The notes below the pieces were generated by a model. That model saw only the letters and a list, made by a program, of their open reading frames with translations. It was not told the origin of the DNA and searched no databases. From the NCBI GenBank assembly GCA_964016885.1, contig OZ024741.1, positions 36,084,001 to 36,148,000 on the forward strand: a DNA stretch of 64,000 bases, in the 5' to 3' direction. Below are positions 40,665-55,059 of this stretch, in pieces. A program made the position numbers and the translations under genes. Within the stretch, counting starts at the first letter, position 1. Every line of letters begins with the position of its first letter. Source of the DNA: Eledone cirrhosa (lineage: Eukaryota).

Positions 40665-43600
40665 CCCCATAAAAACTGTTCAGCCTATGGACTCTTCACC
40701 CTAAGGACTCTTCAGCCTATGGACTTTTCAGCCTATGAACTCTTCAGCCTATGGACTCTACATCCTGTGGATTCTTCAGCCTATGGACTCTTGAGCCTAT
40801 AGACTCTTCAGCCTATGGACACTTCAGCCTATGAACTCTTCACACGAAGAACTCTTCAGCCTATGGACTCTTCAGCCTATGGACTCTTCAGGCTAAGAAT
40901 TCTTCAGCCTATGGACTCTTCAGCCTATGAACTCTTCCACCTAAGGACTCTTCAGCCTATGAACTCTTCAGCCTATGAGTTCTACAGCCTATGAACTCTT
41001 CCACCTAAGGACTCTTCAGCCTATGGACTCTTCACCCTAATCACTCTTCAGCCTATGGACTCTTCAGCCTATGAACTCTTCAGCCTATGAACTCTTCAGC
41101 CTATGAATTCTACAGACTATGAACTCTTCCACCTAAGGACTCTTCAGCCTATGGACTCTTCAGCCTATGAACTCTTCCACCTAAGGACTCTTCAGCCTAT
41201 GAACTCTTCAGCCTATGAATTCTACAGTCTATGAACTCTTCCACCTAAGGACTCTTCAGCCTATGGTCTCTTCACCCTAAGCACTCTTCAGCCTATGGAC
41301 TCTTCAGCCTATGAACTCTTTTGCCTATAGACTCTTCAGCCTATGGACTCTTCAGCCTATGAACTCTTTACCCTAAGAATTCTTCAGCCTGTGAACTCTT
41401 CGTTCTAAGAATTCTTCAGGATATGGGCTCTTCACCCGAAGAACTATTCAGCCTATGGACACTTCAGCCTATGAACTCTTCACCCTTAGAACTCTTCAGC
41501 CTAAGAACTCTTCAGCCTATAGTCTCTTCAGACTATGGACTCTTCAGCCTATGAATTTTCAGCCTATGGACTCTTCACCCTAAGAACCCTTCAGCCTATG
41601 GACTCTTCAGACTATGAACTCTTCAGCCTATGGACTCTTCACCCTATGGACTCTTCACCCTAAGAACTCTTCAGCCTATGGACTCTTCACCCTAAGCACT
41701 CTTCAGCCTATGAACTCTTCAGTCTATGAACTCTTCAGCCTATGAACTGTTCACCCTTAGAACTCTTCAGCCTATGAACTCTTCACCCTAAGAACTCTTC
41801 AGCCTATGGATTCTTCAACCTATGGACTCTTTAGCCTATGAACTCTTCACCCTAAGAACTCTTCAGCCTATGAACTCTTCGGCCTATGGACTCTTCAGTC
41901 TATGGACTCTTCACTCTAAGAACTCTTTAGTCTATGGACTCTTCAGTCTATGGACTCTTCAGCCTATGAACTGTTCACCCTTAGAACTCTTCAGCCTATG
42001 AACTCTTCACCCTAAGAACTCTTCCGCCTATGAACTCTTCAACCTATGGACTCTTCAGCCTATGAACTCTTCACCCTTAGAACTCTTCAGCCTATGAACT
42101 CTTCACCATAAAATCTCTTCAGCCTATCGACTCTTCACCCTAAGAACTCTTCAGCCTATGGACTCTTCAGCCTATGAACTCTTCAGCCTATGAAATATTC
42201 ACCCTAAGTACTCTTCAGCTTATGGACTCTTCAGCCTATGAACTCTTCAGCCTATGGACTCTTAAGCCTATGAACTCTTCACGCTAAGAATTCTTCAGCC
42301 TATGGGCTATTCTGCCTATGAACACTTCACCCTTAGAACTCTTCAGGCTACTAACTCTTCACACTAAGATCTCTTCGGCCTATGAACTCTTCACCCTAAG
42401 AACTCTTCAGACTATAGACTCTTCAGCCTATGAACTCATCAGCCTATGAACTCTTCAGCCTATGGATTCTTCAGCCTATGAACTCTTCACCCTAAGAACT
42501 CTTCAGACTATGAACTCTTCCACCTATGGATTCTTCAGCCTATGGACTCTTCACCCTAAGCACTCTTCAGCCTATGGACTCTTCAACCTATATATTCTTC
42601 AGCCTATGGACACTTCAGCCTATGAACTCTTCACACTAAGAACTCTTCACACTATGAACTCTTCAGCCTATGAACTCTTCAACCTATGGAATCTTCAGCT
42701 TATGGAATCTTCACACTAAGAACTCTTCAGCCTATGGACTCTTCACCCTAAGAACTCTTCAGTCTATGAACTCTTCAGTCTATGAACTCTTCAGCCTATG
42801 AACTGTTCAGCCTTAGAACTCTTCAGCCTATGAACTCTTCACTCTTAGAACTCTTCAGCTTATGGACTCTTCAGCCTATGAACTCTTCAGCCTATGAAAT
42901 GTTCACCCTAAGAACTCTTCAGCCTATGGACTCTTCACGCTAAGAATTCTTCAGCCCATGGGCTATTCTGCCTATGAACTCTTCACCCTTATAACTCTTC
43001 AGGCTACTAAATCTTCACCCTAAGAACTCTTCGGCCTATGAACTCTCTTCACCCTAAGATCTCTTCAGCCTATAGACTCTTCAGCCTATAGACTCATCAG
43101 CCTATGAACTCTTCAGCCTATGGATTCTTCAGTCTATGAACTCTTCACTCTAAGAACTCTTCAGCCTATGAACTCTTCCACCTTTGGACTCTTCAGCCTA
43201 TGGACTCTTCACCCTATGCACTCTTCAGCCTATGGACTCTTCAACCTATATACTCTTCAGCCTATGGACACTTCAGCCTATGAACTCTTCACACTAAGAA
43301 CTATTCAGCCTATGAACTCTTCACCCTAAGAACTCTTCAGTATATGGACTCCTCAGCCTATGAACTCTTCAGCCTATGGACTCTTAAGCTTATGGAATCT
43401 TCACACTAAGAACTCTTCAGCCTATGGACTCTTCACCCTAACAACGCTTCAGTCTATCAACTCTTCAGTCTATGAACTCTTCAGCCTATGAACTGTTCAC
43501 CCTTAGAACTCTTCAGCCTATGAACTCTTCACTCTTAGAACTCTTCAGGCTATTATCTCTTCACCCAAGAACTCTTCAGCCTATGAACTGTTCACCCTAA

Positions 43601-46600
43601 GAACTCTTCAGCGTATGGACTCTTCAGCCTATGGACCCTTCACACTAAGAAGTCTTCAGCCCATGAACTGTTCACTCTTAGCTCTTAGAAATCTTTAGCC
43701 TAAGAACTGTTCAGCCTATGGACTCTTCAGCCTATGAACTCTTCACCCTTAGAACCCTTCAGCCTATGAACTCTTCACACTATGAACACTTCAGCCTATG
43801 GTCTCTTCAGCCTATGAACTCTTCACCCTTAGAACTCTTCAGGCTATTAACTCTTCACACTAAGAACTCTTCAGCCTATTAGCTTTTCACCCTAAGAACT
43901 CTTCAGCTTATGGACTCTTCCGCCTAGGGACTCTTCAGCCTATGGACTCTTCAGACTATGCACTCTTCACCCTTAGAACTCTTCAGGCTATTAAGTCTTC
44001 AGCCTAAGGACTCTTCAGCCAATGAATTCTTCACCCTAAGAACTCTTCAGCCTATGGAGTCTTAGACCTATGGACTCTTCAGCCTATGGACTTTTCACTC
44101 TAAGAACTCTTCAGCCTATGGACTCAAGAGCCTATGAACTCTTCAACCAATGGACTCTTTACCCTAAGAACTCTTCAGCCTATGAACTCTTCTGGCTATG
44201 AAATCTTCACTCTATGAACTCTTCACCCTAAAAACTCTTCAGCCTATGAACTCTTCCCCATAAAAACTATTCAGCCTATGGACTATTCACCCAAAGAACT
44301 CTTCAGCCTATGGACTCTTGAGCCTATAGACTCTTTAGCCTATGGCAACTTCAGCCTATGAACTCTTCACACTAAGAACTCTTCAGCCTATGGACTCTTA
44401 AGCCTATGAACTCTTCACGCTAAGAATTCTTCAGCCTATGGACTATTCTGCCTATGAACTCTTCACCCTTAGAACTCTTCAGGCTATTAACTCTTCACCC
44501 TAAGAACTCTTCGGCCTATGAACTCTTCACCCTAAGAACTCTTCACCCTATGGACTCTTCAGCCTATGAACTATTCAGCCTATGGACTCTTCCACCTAGG
44601 GACTCTTCAGCCTATGAACTCTTCAGCCTATGAACTCTTCAGCCTATGAACTCTTCCACCTAAGGACTATTCAGCCTATGGACTCTTCAGCCTATGAACT
44701 CTTTACCCTAAGAACTCTTCACCCTGTGAACTCTTCGTCCTAAGAATTCTTCGGGATATGGGCTCTTCACCCGGAGAACTATTTAGCCTATGGACTCTTC
44801 AGCCTATGAACTCTTCACCCTTAGAACTCTTCAGCCTATGAACTCTTAACCCTAAGAACTCTTCAGCCTATAGTCTCTTCAGACTATGAACTCTTCAGCC
44901 TATGAACTTTTCAGCCTATGGAATCTTCAGCCTATGGACTCTTCACCCTAAGAACCCTTCAGCCTATGGACTCTTCAGCCTATGAACTCTTCAGCCTATG
45001 GACTCTTCACCCTATGAACTGTTCACCCTTAGAACTCTTCAGCCTATGAACTCTTCACCCTAAGAACTCTTCAGCCTATGAAATCTTCAGCCTATGAACT
45101 CTTCAGCCTATGGACTCTTCAGTCTATGGACTCTTCACTTTAAGAACTCTTCAGTCTATGGACTCTTCAGTCTATAGACTCTTCAGCCTAGTAACTCTTT
45201 ACCCTAAGAAGTCTTCAGCCTATGGACTCTTCAGCCTATGAACTCTTCAGCCTATGAACTCTTCACCCTAAGAACTCTTCAGCTTATGGACTCTTCAGCC
45301 TATGAACTCCTCAGCCTATGAAATATTCACCCTAAGAACTCTTCAGCCTATGAACTCCTCAGCCTATGAAATATTCACCCTAAGAACTCTTCAGCTTATG
45401 GACTCTTCAGCCTATGGACTCTTCACGCTAAGAATTCTTCAGCCTATGGGCTATTCTGACTATGAACTCTTCACCCTTAGAACTCTTCAGGCTACTAACT
45501 CTTCACCCTAAGAACTCTTCGGCCTATGAACTCTTCACCCTAAGAACTCTTCAGCCTATAGACTCTTCAGCCTATGAACTCATCAGCCTATGAACTCTTC
45601 AGCCTATGGATTCTTCAGCCTATGAACTCTTCACCCTAAGAACTCTTCAGCCTATGAACTCTTCCACCTATGGATTCTTCAACCTATGGACTCTTCACCC
45701 TAAGCACTCTTCAGCCTATGGACTCTTCAACCTATATATTCTTCAGCCTATGGACTCTTCACACTAAGAAATATTCAGCCTATGGACTCTTCACCCTAAG
45801 AACTCTTCAGTCTATGAACTCTTCAGTCTATGAACTCTTCACTCTTAGAACTATTCAGGCTATTATCTCTTCACCCAAGAACTCTTCAGCCTATGAACTG
45901 TTCACCCTAAGAACTCTTCAGCCTATGGACTCTTCAGCCTATGAACTCTTCACCCTAAGAACTCTTCAGCTTATGGTCTCTTCTGCCTATGAACTCTTCA
46001 GCCTATTGTCTCTCCAACCTATGGACTCTTCACGCTAAGGAATTCTTCAGCCTATGGAGTATTCTGCCTATAAACTCTTCACCCTTAGAACTCTTCAGGC
46101 TATTAAATCTTCACCCTAAGAACTCTTCAGCCTATGAATTCTTCAACCTATGGACTCTTCAGCCTATGGACTCTTCACTCTAAGAATTCTTCAGGCTATT
46201 AACTCTTCACCCTAAGAACTCTTCGGCCTATGAACTCTTCACCCTAAGAACTCTTCAACCTATGGACTCTTCAGCCTATGGACTATTCATTCTAAGAACT
46301 CTTCAGCCTATGGACTCTTCAGACTATGCACTCTTCACCCTTAGAACTCTTCAGGCTATTAAGTCTTCAGCCTATGGACTCTTCAGCCAATGAATTCTTC
46401 ACCCTAAGAACTCTTAAGCCTATGAACTGTTCAGCCAATGAACTCTTCAGCCTATGGAATCCTCAGCCAATGAACTCTTCCCCCTAAGAACTCTTCAGCC
46501 TATGAATTCTTCAACCTATGGACTCTTCAGCCTATGGACTCTTCACTCTAAGAATTCTTCAGGCTATTAACTCTTCACCCTAAGAACTCTTCGGCCTATG

Positions 46601-49600
46601 AACTCTTCACCCTAAGAACTCTTCAACCTATGGACTCTTCAGCCTATGGACTCTTCATTATAAGAACTCTTCAGCCTATGAACTCTTCAGACTATGCACT
46701 CTTCACCCTTAGAACTCTTCAGGCTATTAAGTCTTCAGCCTATGAACTCTTCAATCAATGGACTCTTTACCCTAAGAACTCTTCAGCCTATGAACTCTTC
46801 TGGCTATGAACTCTTCACTCTATGAACTCTTCACCCTAAAACTCTTCAGCCTATGAACTCTTCCCCATAAAAACTGTTCAGCCTATGGACTCTTCACCCT
46901 AAGAATTCTTCAGCTTATGGACTTTTCAGCCTATGAAGTCTTCAGCCTATGGACTCTACAGCCTGTGGATTCTTCAGCCTATGGACTCTTGAGCCTATAG
47001 ACTCTTCAGCCTATGGACACTTCAGCCTATGAACTCTTCACACTAAGAACTCTTCAGCCTATGGACTCTTCAGCCTATGGACTCTTCACGCTAAGAATTA
47101 TTCAGCCTATGGACTATTCTGCCTATGAACTCTTCACACTTAGAACTCTTCAGGCTATTAACTCTTCACCCTAAAAACTCTTCGGCCTATGAACTCTTCA
47201 CCCTAAGGACTCTTCACCCTATGGATTCTTCAGCCTATGAACACTTCCACCTAAGGACTCTTCAGCCTATGGACTCTTCACCCTAAGCACTCTTCAGCCT
47301 ATGGACTCTTCAGCCTATGAATTCTTCAGCCTATGGACTCTTCACCCTATGGAGTCTTCACCCTAAGAACTCTTCAGCCTATGGACTCTTCAGTCTATGA
47401 ACTCTTCAGCCTATGAACTGTTAACCCTTAGAATTCTTCAGCCTATGAAGTCTTCACCCTAAGAACTCTTCAGCCTATGGACTCTTCACTCTAAGAACTC
47501 TTCAGTCTATGGACTCTTCAGTCTATGGACTCTTCAGCCTAGGAACTCCTTTCCCTCAGAATTCTTCAGCCTATGAACTCTTCACCATAAAGACTCTTCA
47601 TCCTATGGACTCTTCACCCTAAGAACTCTTCAGCCTATGGATTCTTCAGCCTATGAACTCTTCAGACTTTGAACTCTTCACCCTAAGAACTCTTCAGCTT
47701 ATGGACTCTTCAGCCTATGAACTCTTCAGCCTATGGACTCTCCAGCCTATGGATTCTTCACGCTAAAAATTCTTCAGCCTATGGGCTATTCTGCCTATGA
47801 ACTCTTCACGCTTAGAACTCTTCAGGCAACTAACTCTTCACCCTAAGAACTCTTCGGCCTATGAACTCTTCACCCTAAGAAATCTTCAGCCTATGAACTC
47901 TTCCACCTATGTATTCTTCAGCCTAAGGACTCTTCACCCTAAGCACTCATCAGCCTATGGATTCTTCATCCTATATATTCTTCAGCCTATGGACACTTCA
48001 GCCTATGAACTCTTCACACTAAGAACTCTACACACTATGAACTCTTCAGCCTATGAACTCTTCAACCTATGGACTCTTCAGCCTATGAACTCTTAACCCT
48101 TAGAACTCTTCAGGCTATTAATTCTTCACCCTAAGACCTCATCAGCTTATGAACTCTTCACCCTAAGAACTCTTCAGCCTATGGATTCTTCAACCTATGG
48201 AATCTTAAGCCTATGAACTCTTCACCCTAAGAACTCTTCAGCCTATGAACTCTTCAGTCTATGTACTCTTCAGCCTATGGACTCTTCACCCTAAGCACTC
48301 TTCAGCCTATGAACTTTTCATTCTATGAACTCTTCAACCTATGAACTGTTCACCCTTAGAACTCTTCAGCCTATGAACTCTTCACCTTAAGAACTCTTCA
48401 GCGTATGGATTCTTCAACCTATGGACTCTTTAGCCTATGAACTCTTCACCCTAAGAACTCTTCAGTCTATGAACTCTTCAGCCTATGAACTCTTCAGCCT
48501 ATGGACTCTTCAGTCTATGGACTCTTCAGCCTAGGAACTCTTTACCCTAAGAACTCTTCAGGCTATGAACTCTTCAACCTATGGTCTCTTCAGCCTATGA
48601 ACTCTTCACCCTTAGAACTCTTCAGCCTATGAATTCTTCACCCTAAGAACTCTTCAGCCTATGAACTCTTCAGCCTATGGACTCTTCACCCTATGGACTC
48701 TTCACCCTATGAACTCTTCAGCCTATGGTCTCTTCACCCTAAGAACTCTTCAGCCTATGAATTCTTCACCCTAAGAACTCTTCAGCCTATGGACTCTTCA
48801 GCCTATGAACTCTTCACCCAAGAACTCTTCACCCTAAGAACTCTTCAGCCTATGGATTCTTCAGCCTATTAACTCTTCAGCATATGAACTCTTCAGCCTA
48901 TGGACTCTTCACACTAAGAACTCTTCAGCCTATGGACTCTTCAGCCTATGAACTCTTTACCCTAAGAACTCTTCAGGCTGTGAACTCTTCGTCCTAAGAA
49001 TTCTTCAGGATATGGGCTCTTCACCGGAACAACTATTCAGCCTATGGACTCTTCAGCCTATGAACTCTTCACCCTTAGAACTCTTCAGCCTATGAACTCT
49101 TCACCCTAAGAACTCTTCAGGCTATAGTTTCTTCAGACTATGGACTCTTCAGCCTATGAACTTTTCAGCCTATGGACTCTTCAGCCTACGGACTCTTCAG
49201 CCTATGGACTTTTCACCCTATGGACTCTTCACCCTAAGAACACTTCAGCCTATGGACTCTTCACGCTAGGCAATCTTCAGCCTATGAACTTTTCAGTCTA
49301 TGAACTCTTCAACCTATGAACTGTTCACCCTTAGAACTCTTCAGCCTATGAACTCTTCACCTTAAGAACTCTTCAGCGTATGGATTCTTCAACCTATGGA
49401 CCCTTTAGCCTATGAACTCTTCACCCTAAGAATTCTTCAGCCTATGAACTCTTCAGCCTATGAACTTTTCAGCCTATGGACTCTTCAGCCTATGGACTCT
49501 TCATCCTAAGAACCCTTCAGCCTATGGACTCTTCAGCCTGTGAACTCTTCAGCCTATGGACTCTTCACCCTATGGACTCTTCACCCTAATAACTCTTCAG

Positions 49601-52600
49601 CCTATGGACTCTTCACCCTAAGCACTCTTCAGCCTATGAACTCTTCAGTCTATGAACTCTTCAGCCTATGAACAGTTCACCCTTAGAACTCTTCAGCCTA
49701 TGAACGCTTCACCTTAAGAACTCTTCAGCGTATGGATTCTTCAACCTATGGACCCTTTAGCCTGTGAACTCTTCACCCTAAGAACTCTTCAGCCTATGAA
49801 CTCTTCAGCCTATGAACTCTTCAGCCTATGGACTCTTCAGTCTATGGACTCTTCACTCTAAGAACTCTTTAGTCTATGGACTCTTCAGTCTATGGACTCT
49901 TCAGCCTAGGAACTCTTTACCCTAAGAACTCTTCAGCCTGTGAACTCTTCAACCTATGGACTCTTCAGCCTAGGAACACTTCACCCTTAGAACTTTTCAG
50001 CCTATGAACTCTTCACCCTAAGAACTCTTCAGCCTATAGTCTCTTCAGATAATGGACTCTTCAGCCTATGAACTTTTTAGCCTATGGACTCTTCAGCCTA
50101 CGGACTCTTCATCCTAAGAACCCTTCAGCCTATGGACTCTTCAGCCTATAAACTCTTCAGCCTATGGACTCTTCACCCTATGGACTCTTCACGCTAAGAA
50201 CTCTTCAGCCTATGGACTCTTCACCCTAAGCACTCTTCAGCCTATGAATTCTTCAGTCTATGAACTCTTCAGCCTATGAACAGTTCACCCTTAGAACTCT
50301 TCAGCCTATGAACTCTTCACCTTAAGAACTCTTCAGCGTATGGATTCTTCAACCTATGGACCCTTTAGCCTATGAACTCTTCACCCTAAGAACTCTTCAG
50401 CATATGAAGTCTTCAGCCTATGAACTCTTCAGCCTATGGACTCTTCAGTCTATGGACTCTTCACTCTAAGAACTCATCAGTCTATGGACTCTTCAGTCTA
50501 TGGACTCTTCAGCCTAGGAACTCTTTACCCTAAGATCTCTTCAGCCTATGAACTCTTCAACCTATGGACTCTTCAGTCTATGGACTCTTCACTCTAAGAA
50601 CTCTTCAGTCTATGGACTCTTCAGTCTATGGACTCTTCACTCTAGGAACTCTTCAGCCTATGGACTCTTCAGTCTATGGAATCTTCACTCTAAGAACTCT
50701 TCAGGCTATGAACTCTTCACTCTATGAACTTTTCTCCCTCAGAACTCTTCAGCCTATGAACTCTTCACCATAAAAACTCTTCAGCCTATCGACTCTTCAC
50801 CCTAAGAACTCTTCAGCCTATGGACTCTTCAGCCTATGAACTCTTCAGCCTATGAACTCTTCACCCTAAGAACTCTTCAGCTTATGGACTCTTCACCCTA
50901 TGAACTCTTCAGCCTATGGACTCTTCACCCTATGAACTCTTCAGCCCATGAACTCTTCACCCTAAGAACTCTTCTGCTTATGGACTCTTCAGCCTATGAA
51001 CTCTTCAGCCTATGAACTCTTCACCCTAAGAACTCTTCAGCTTATGAACTCTTCAGCCTATGAACTCGGCAGCCTATGAAATATTCACCCTAAGAACTCT
51101 TCAGCTTATGGACTCTTCAGCCTATGAAATCTTCAGCCTATGGACTCTTCAGCCTATGGACTCTTCACGCTAAGAATTCTTCAGCGTATGGGCTATTCTG
51201 CCTATGAACTCATCAGTCTATGAACTCTTCAGCCTATGGATTCTTCAGCCTATGAACTCTTCACCCTAAGAACTCTTCAGCCTATGAACTCTTCAGCCTA
51301 TGGATTCTTCAGCCTATGGACTCTTCACCCTAAGCACTCTTCAGCCTATGGACTCTTCAACCTATATATTCTTCAGCCTATGGACACTTCAGCCTATGAA
51401 CTCTTCACACTAAGAACTCTTCACACTATGAACTCTTCAGCCTATGAACTCTTCAACCTATGGAATCTTCAGCCTATGGCCTCTTCACACTAAGAACTCT
51501 TCAGCCTATGGACTCTTCACTCTAAGAACTCTTCAGTCTATGAACTCTTCAGTCTATGAACTCTTCAGCCTATGAACTGTTCACCCTTAGAACTCTTCAG
51601 CCTATGAACTCTTCACTCTAAGAACTCTTCAGGCTATTATCTCTCCACCCAAGAACTCTTCAGCCTATGAACTGTTCACCCTAAGAAATCTTCAGCCTAT
51701 GGACTCTTCAGCCTATGGACTCTTCACACTAAGAAGTCTTCAGCCTATGAACTGTTCACTCTTAGAACTCTTCACCCTAAGAACTCTTCAGACTATGGTC
51801 TCTTCAGCCTATGAACTCTTCAACCTTAGAACTCTTCAGGCTATTAACTCTTCACACTAAGAACTGTTCTGCCTATTAACTTTTCACCCTAAGAACTCTT
51901 CAGACTATGGCTCTTCAGCCAATGCACTCTTCAGACTTTGAATTTTTCAGTCTATGGACTCTTCAGCCTATGGACTTTTCACCCTAAGAACTCTTCAGCC
52001 TATGGACTCTTTAGCCTATGAAATATTCAGCCTATGGACTCTTCAGCCTATGGACTCTTCACCCTAAGAACTCTTCAGCCTATGGACTCTTCACCCTAAG
52101 CACTCTTCAGCCTATGAACTATTCAGTCTATGAACTCTTCAGCCTATGATCTGTTCACCCTTAGAACTCTTCAGCCTATGAACTCTTCAGCCTATGGTCT
52201 CTTCACCCTAAGAACTATTCAGCCTATTAACTTTTCACCCTAAGAACTATTCAGCCTATGGATTCTTCAACCTATGGACTCTTAAGCCTATGAACTTTTC
52301 ACCCTAAGAACTCTTCAGCCTATGGACTCTTCAGCCAATGAACTCTTCACCCTAAGAACTCTTCAGCCTATGAACTCTTCAACCTATGGACTCTTCAGCC
52401 TATGGACTCTTCATTCTAAGAACTCTTCAGCCTATGGACTCTTCAGCCTATGAACTCTTCACCCTAAGAACTCTTCAGCTTATGGACGCTTCAGCCTATG
52501 AACTCTTTAGCCTATTGTCTCTCCAGCCTATGGACTCTTCACGCTAAGAATTATTCAGCCTATGGAGTATTCTGCCTATGAACTCTTCAACCTTAGAACT

Positions 52601-55059
52601 CTTCAGGCTATTAAATCTTCAACCTAAGAACTCTTCAGCCTATGGATTCTTCAGCCTATGAACTCTTCAGCCTATAAACTCCTAGACCTATGGACTCTTC
52701 AGCCTATGGACTTTTCACTCTTCAGCCTATGGACTCAAGAGACTATGAACTCTTCAACCAATGGACTCTTTACCCTAAGAACTCTTCAGCCTATGAACTC
52801 TTCTGGCTATGAACACTTCACTCTATGAACTCTTCACCCTAAAAACTCTTCAGCCTATGAACTCTTCCCCATAAAAACTGTTCAGCCTATGGACTCTTCA
52901 CCCTAAGGACTCTTCAGCCTATGGACTTTTCAGCCTATGAACTCTTCAGCCTATGGACTCTACATCCTGTGGATTCTTCAGCCTATGGACTCTTGAGCCT
53001 ATAGACTCTTCAGCCTATGGACACTTCAGCCTATGAACTCTTCACACGAAGAACTCTTCAGCCTATGGACTCTTCAGCCTATAGACTCTTCAGGCTAAGA
53101 ATTCTTCAGCCTATGGACTCTTCAGCCTATGAACTCTTCCACCTAAGGACTCTTCAGCCTATGAACTCTTCAGCCTATGAATTCTACAGCCTATGAACTC
53201 TTCCACCTAAGGACTCTTCAGCCTATGGACTCTTCACCCTAATCACTCTTCAGCCTATGGACTCTTCAGCCTATGAACTCTTCAGCCTATGAACTCTTCA
53301 GCCTATGAATTCTACAGACTATGAACTCTTCCACCTAAGGACTCTTCAGCCTATGGACTCTTCAGCCTATGAACTCTTCCACCTAAGGACTCTTCAGCCT
53401 ATGAACTCTTCAGCCTATGAATTCTACAGCCTATGAACTCTTCCACCTAAGGACTCTTCAGCCTATGGTCTCTTCACCCTAAGCACTCTTCAGCCTATGG
53501 ACTCTTCAGCCTATGAACTCTTTTGCCTATAGACTCTTCAGCCTATGGACTCTTCAGCCTATGAACTCTTTACCCTAAGAATTCTTCAGCCTGTGAACTC
53601 TTCGTTCTAAGAATTCTTCAGGATATGGGCTCTTCACCCGAAGAACTATTCAGCCTATGGACACTTCAGCCTATGAACTCTTCACCCTTAGAACTCTTCA
53701 GCCTAAGAACTCTTCAGCCTATAGTCTCTTCAGACTATGGACTCTTCAGCCTATGAACTTTTCAGCCTATGGACTCTTCACCCTAAGAACCCTTCAGCCT
53801 ATGGACTCTTCAGACTATGAACTCTTCAGCCTATGGACTCTTCACCCTATGGACTCTTCACCCTAAGAACTCTTCAGCCTATGGACTCTTCACCCTAAGC
53901 ACTCTTCAGCCTATGATCTCTTCAGTCTATGAACTCTTCAGCCTATGAACTGTTCACCCTTAGAACTCTTCAGCCTATGAACTCTTCACCCTAAGAACTC
54001 TTCAGCCTATGGATTCTTCAACCTATGGACTATTTAGCCTATGAACTCTTCACCCTAAGAACTCTTCAGCCTATGAACTCTTCGGCCTATGGACTCTTCA
54101 GTCTATGGACTCTTCACTCTAAGAACTCTTTAGTCTATGGACTCTTCAGTCTATGGACTCTTCAGCCTATGAACTGTTCACCCTTAGAACTCTTCAGCCT
54201 ATGAACTCTTCACCCTAAGAACTCTTCCGCCTATGAACTCTTCAACCTATGGACTCTTCAGCCTATGAACTCTTCACCCTTAGAACTCTTCAGCCTCTGA
54301 ACTCTTCACCATAAAATCTCTTCAGCCTATCGACTCTTCACCCTAAGAACTCTTCAGCCTATGGACTCTTCAGCCTATGAACTCTTCAGCCTATGAAATA
54401 TTCACCCTAAGTACTCTTCAGCTTATGGACTCTTCAGCCTATGAACTCTTCAGCCTATGGACTCTTCAGCCTATGAACTCTTCACGCTAAGAATTCTTCA
54501 GCCTATGGGCTATTCTGCCTATGAACTCTTCACCCTTAGAACTCTTCAGGCTACTAACTCTTCACACTAAGATCTCTTCGGCCTATGAACTCTTCACCCT
54601 AAGAACTCTTCAGACTATAGACTCTTCAGCCTATGAACTCATCAGCCTATGAACTCTTCAGCCTATGGATTCTTCAGCCTATGAACTCTTCACCCTAAGA
54701 ACTCTTCAGACTATGAACTCTTCCACCTATGGATTCTTCAGCCTATGGACTCTTCACCCTAAGCACTCTTCAGCCTATGGACTCTTCAACCTATATATTC
54801 TTCAGCCTATGGACACTTCAGCCTATGAACTCTTCACACTAAGAACTCTTCACACTATGAACTCTTCAGCCTATGAACTCTTCAACCTATGGAATCTTCA
54901 GCTTATGGAATCTTCACACTAAGAACTCTTCAGCCTATGGACTCTTCACCCTAAGAACTCTTCAGTCTATGAACTCTTCAGTCTATGAACTCTTCAGCCT
55001 ATGAACTGTTCAGCCTTAGAACTCTTCAGCCTATGAACTCTTCACTCTTAGAACTCTTC

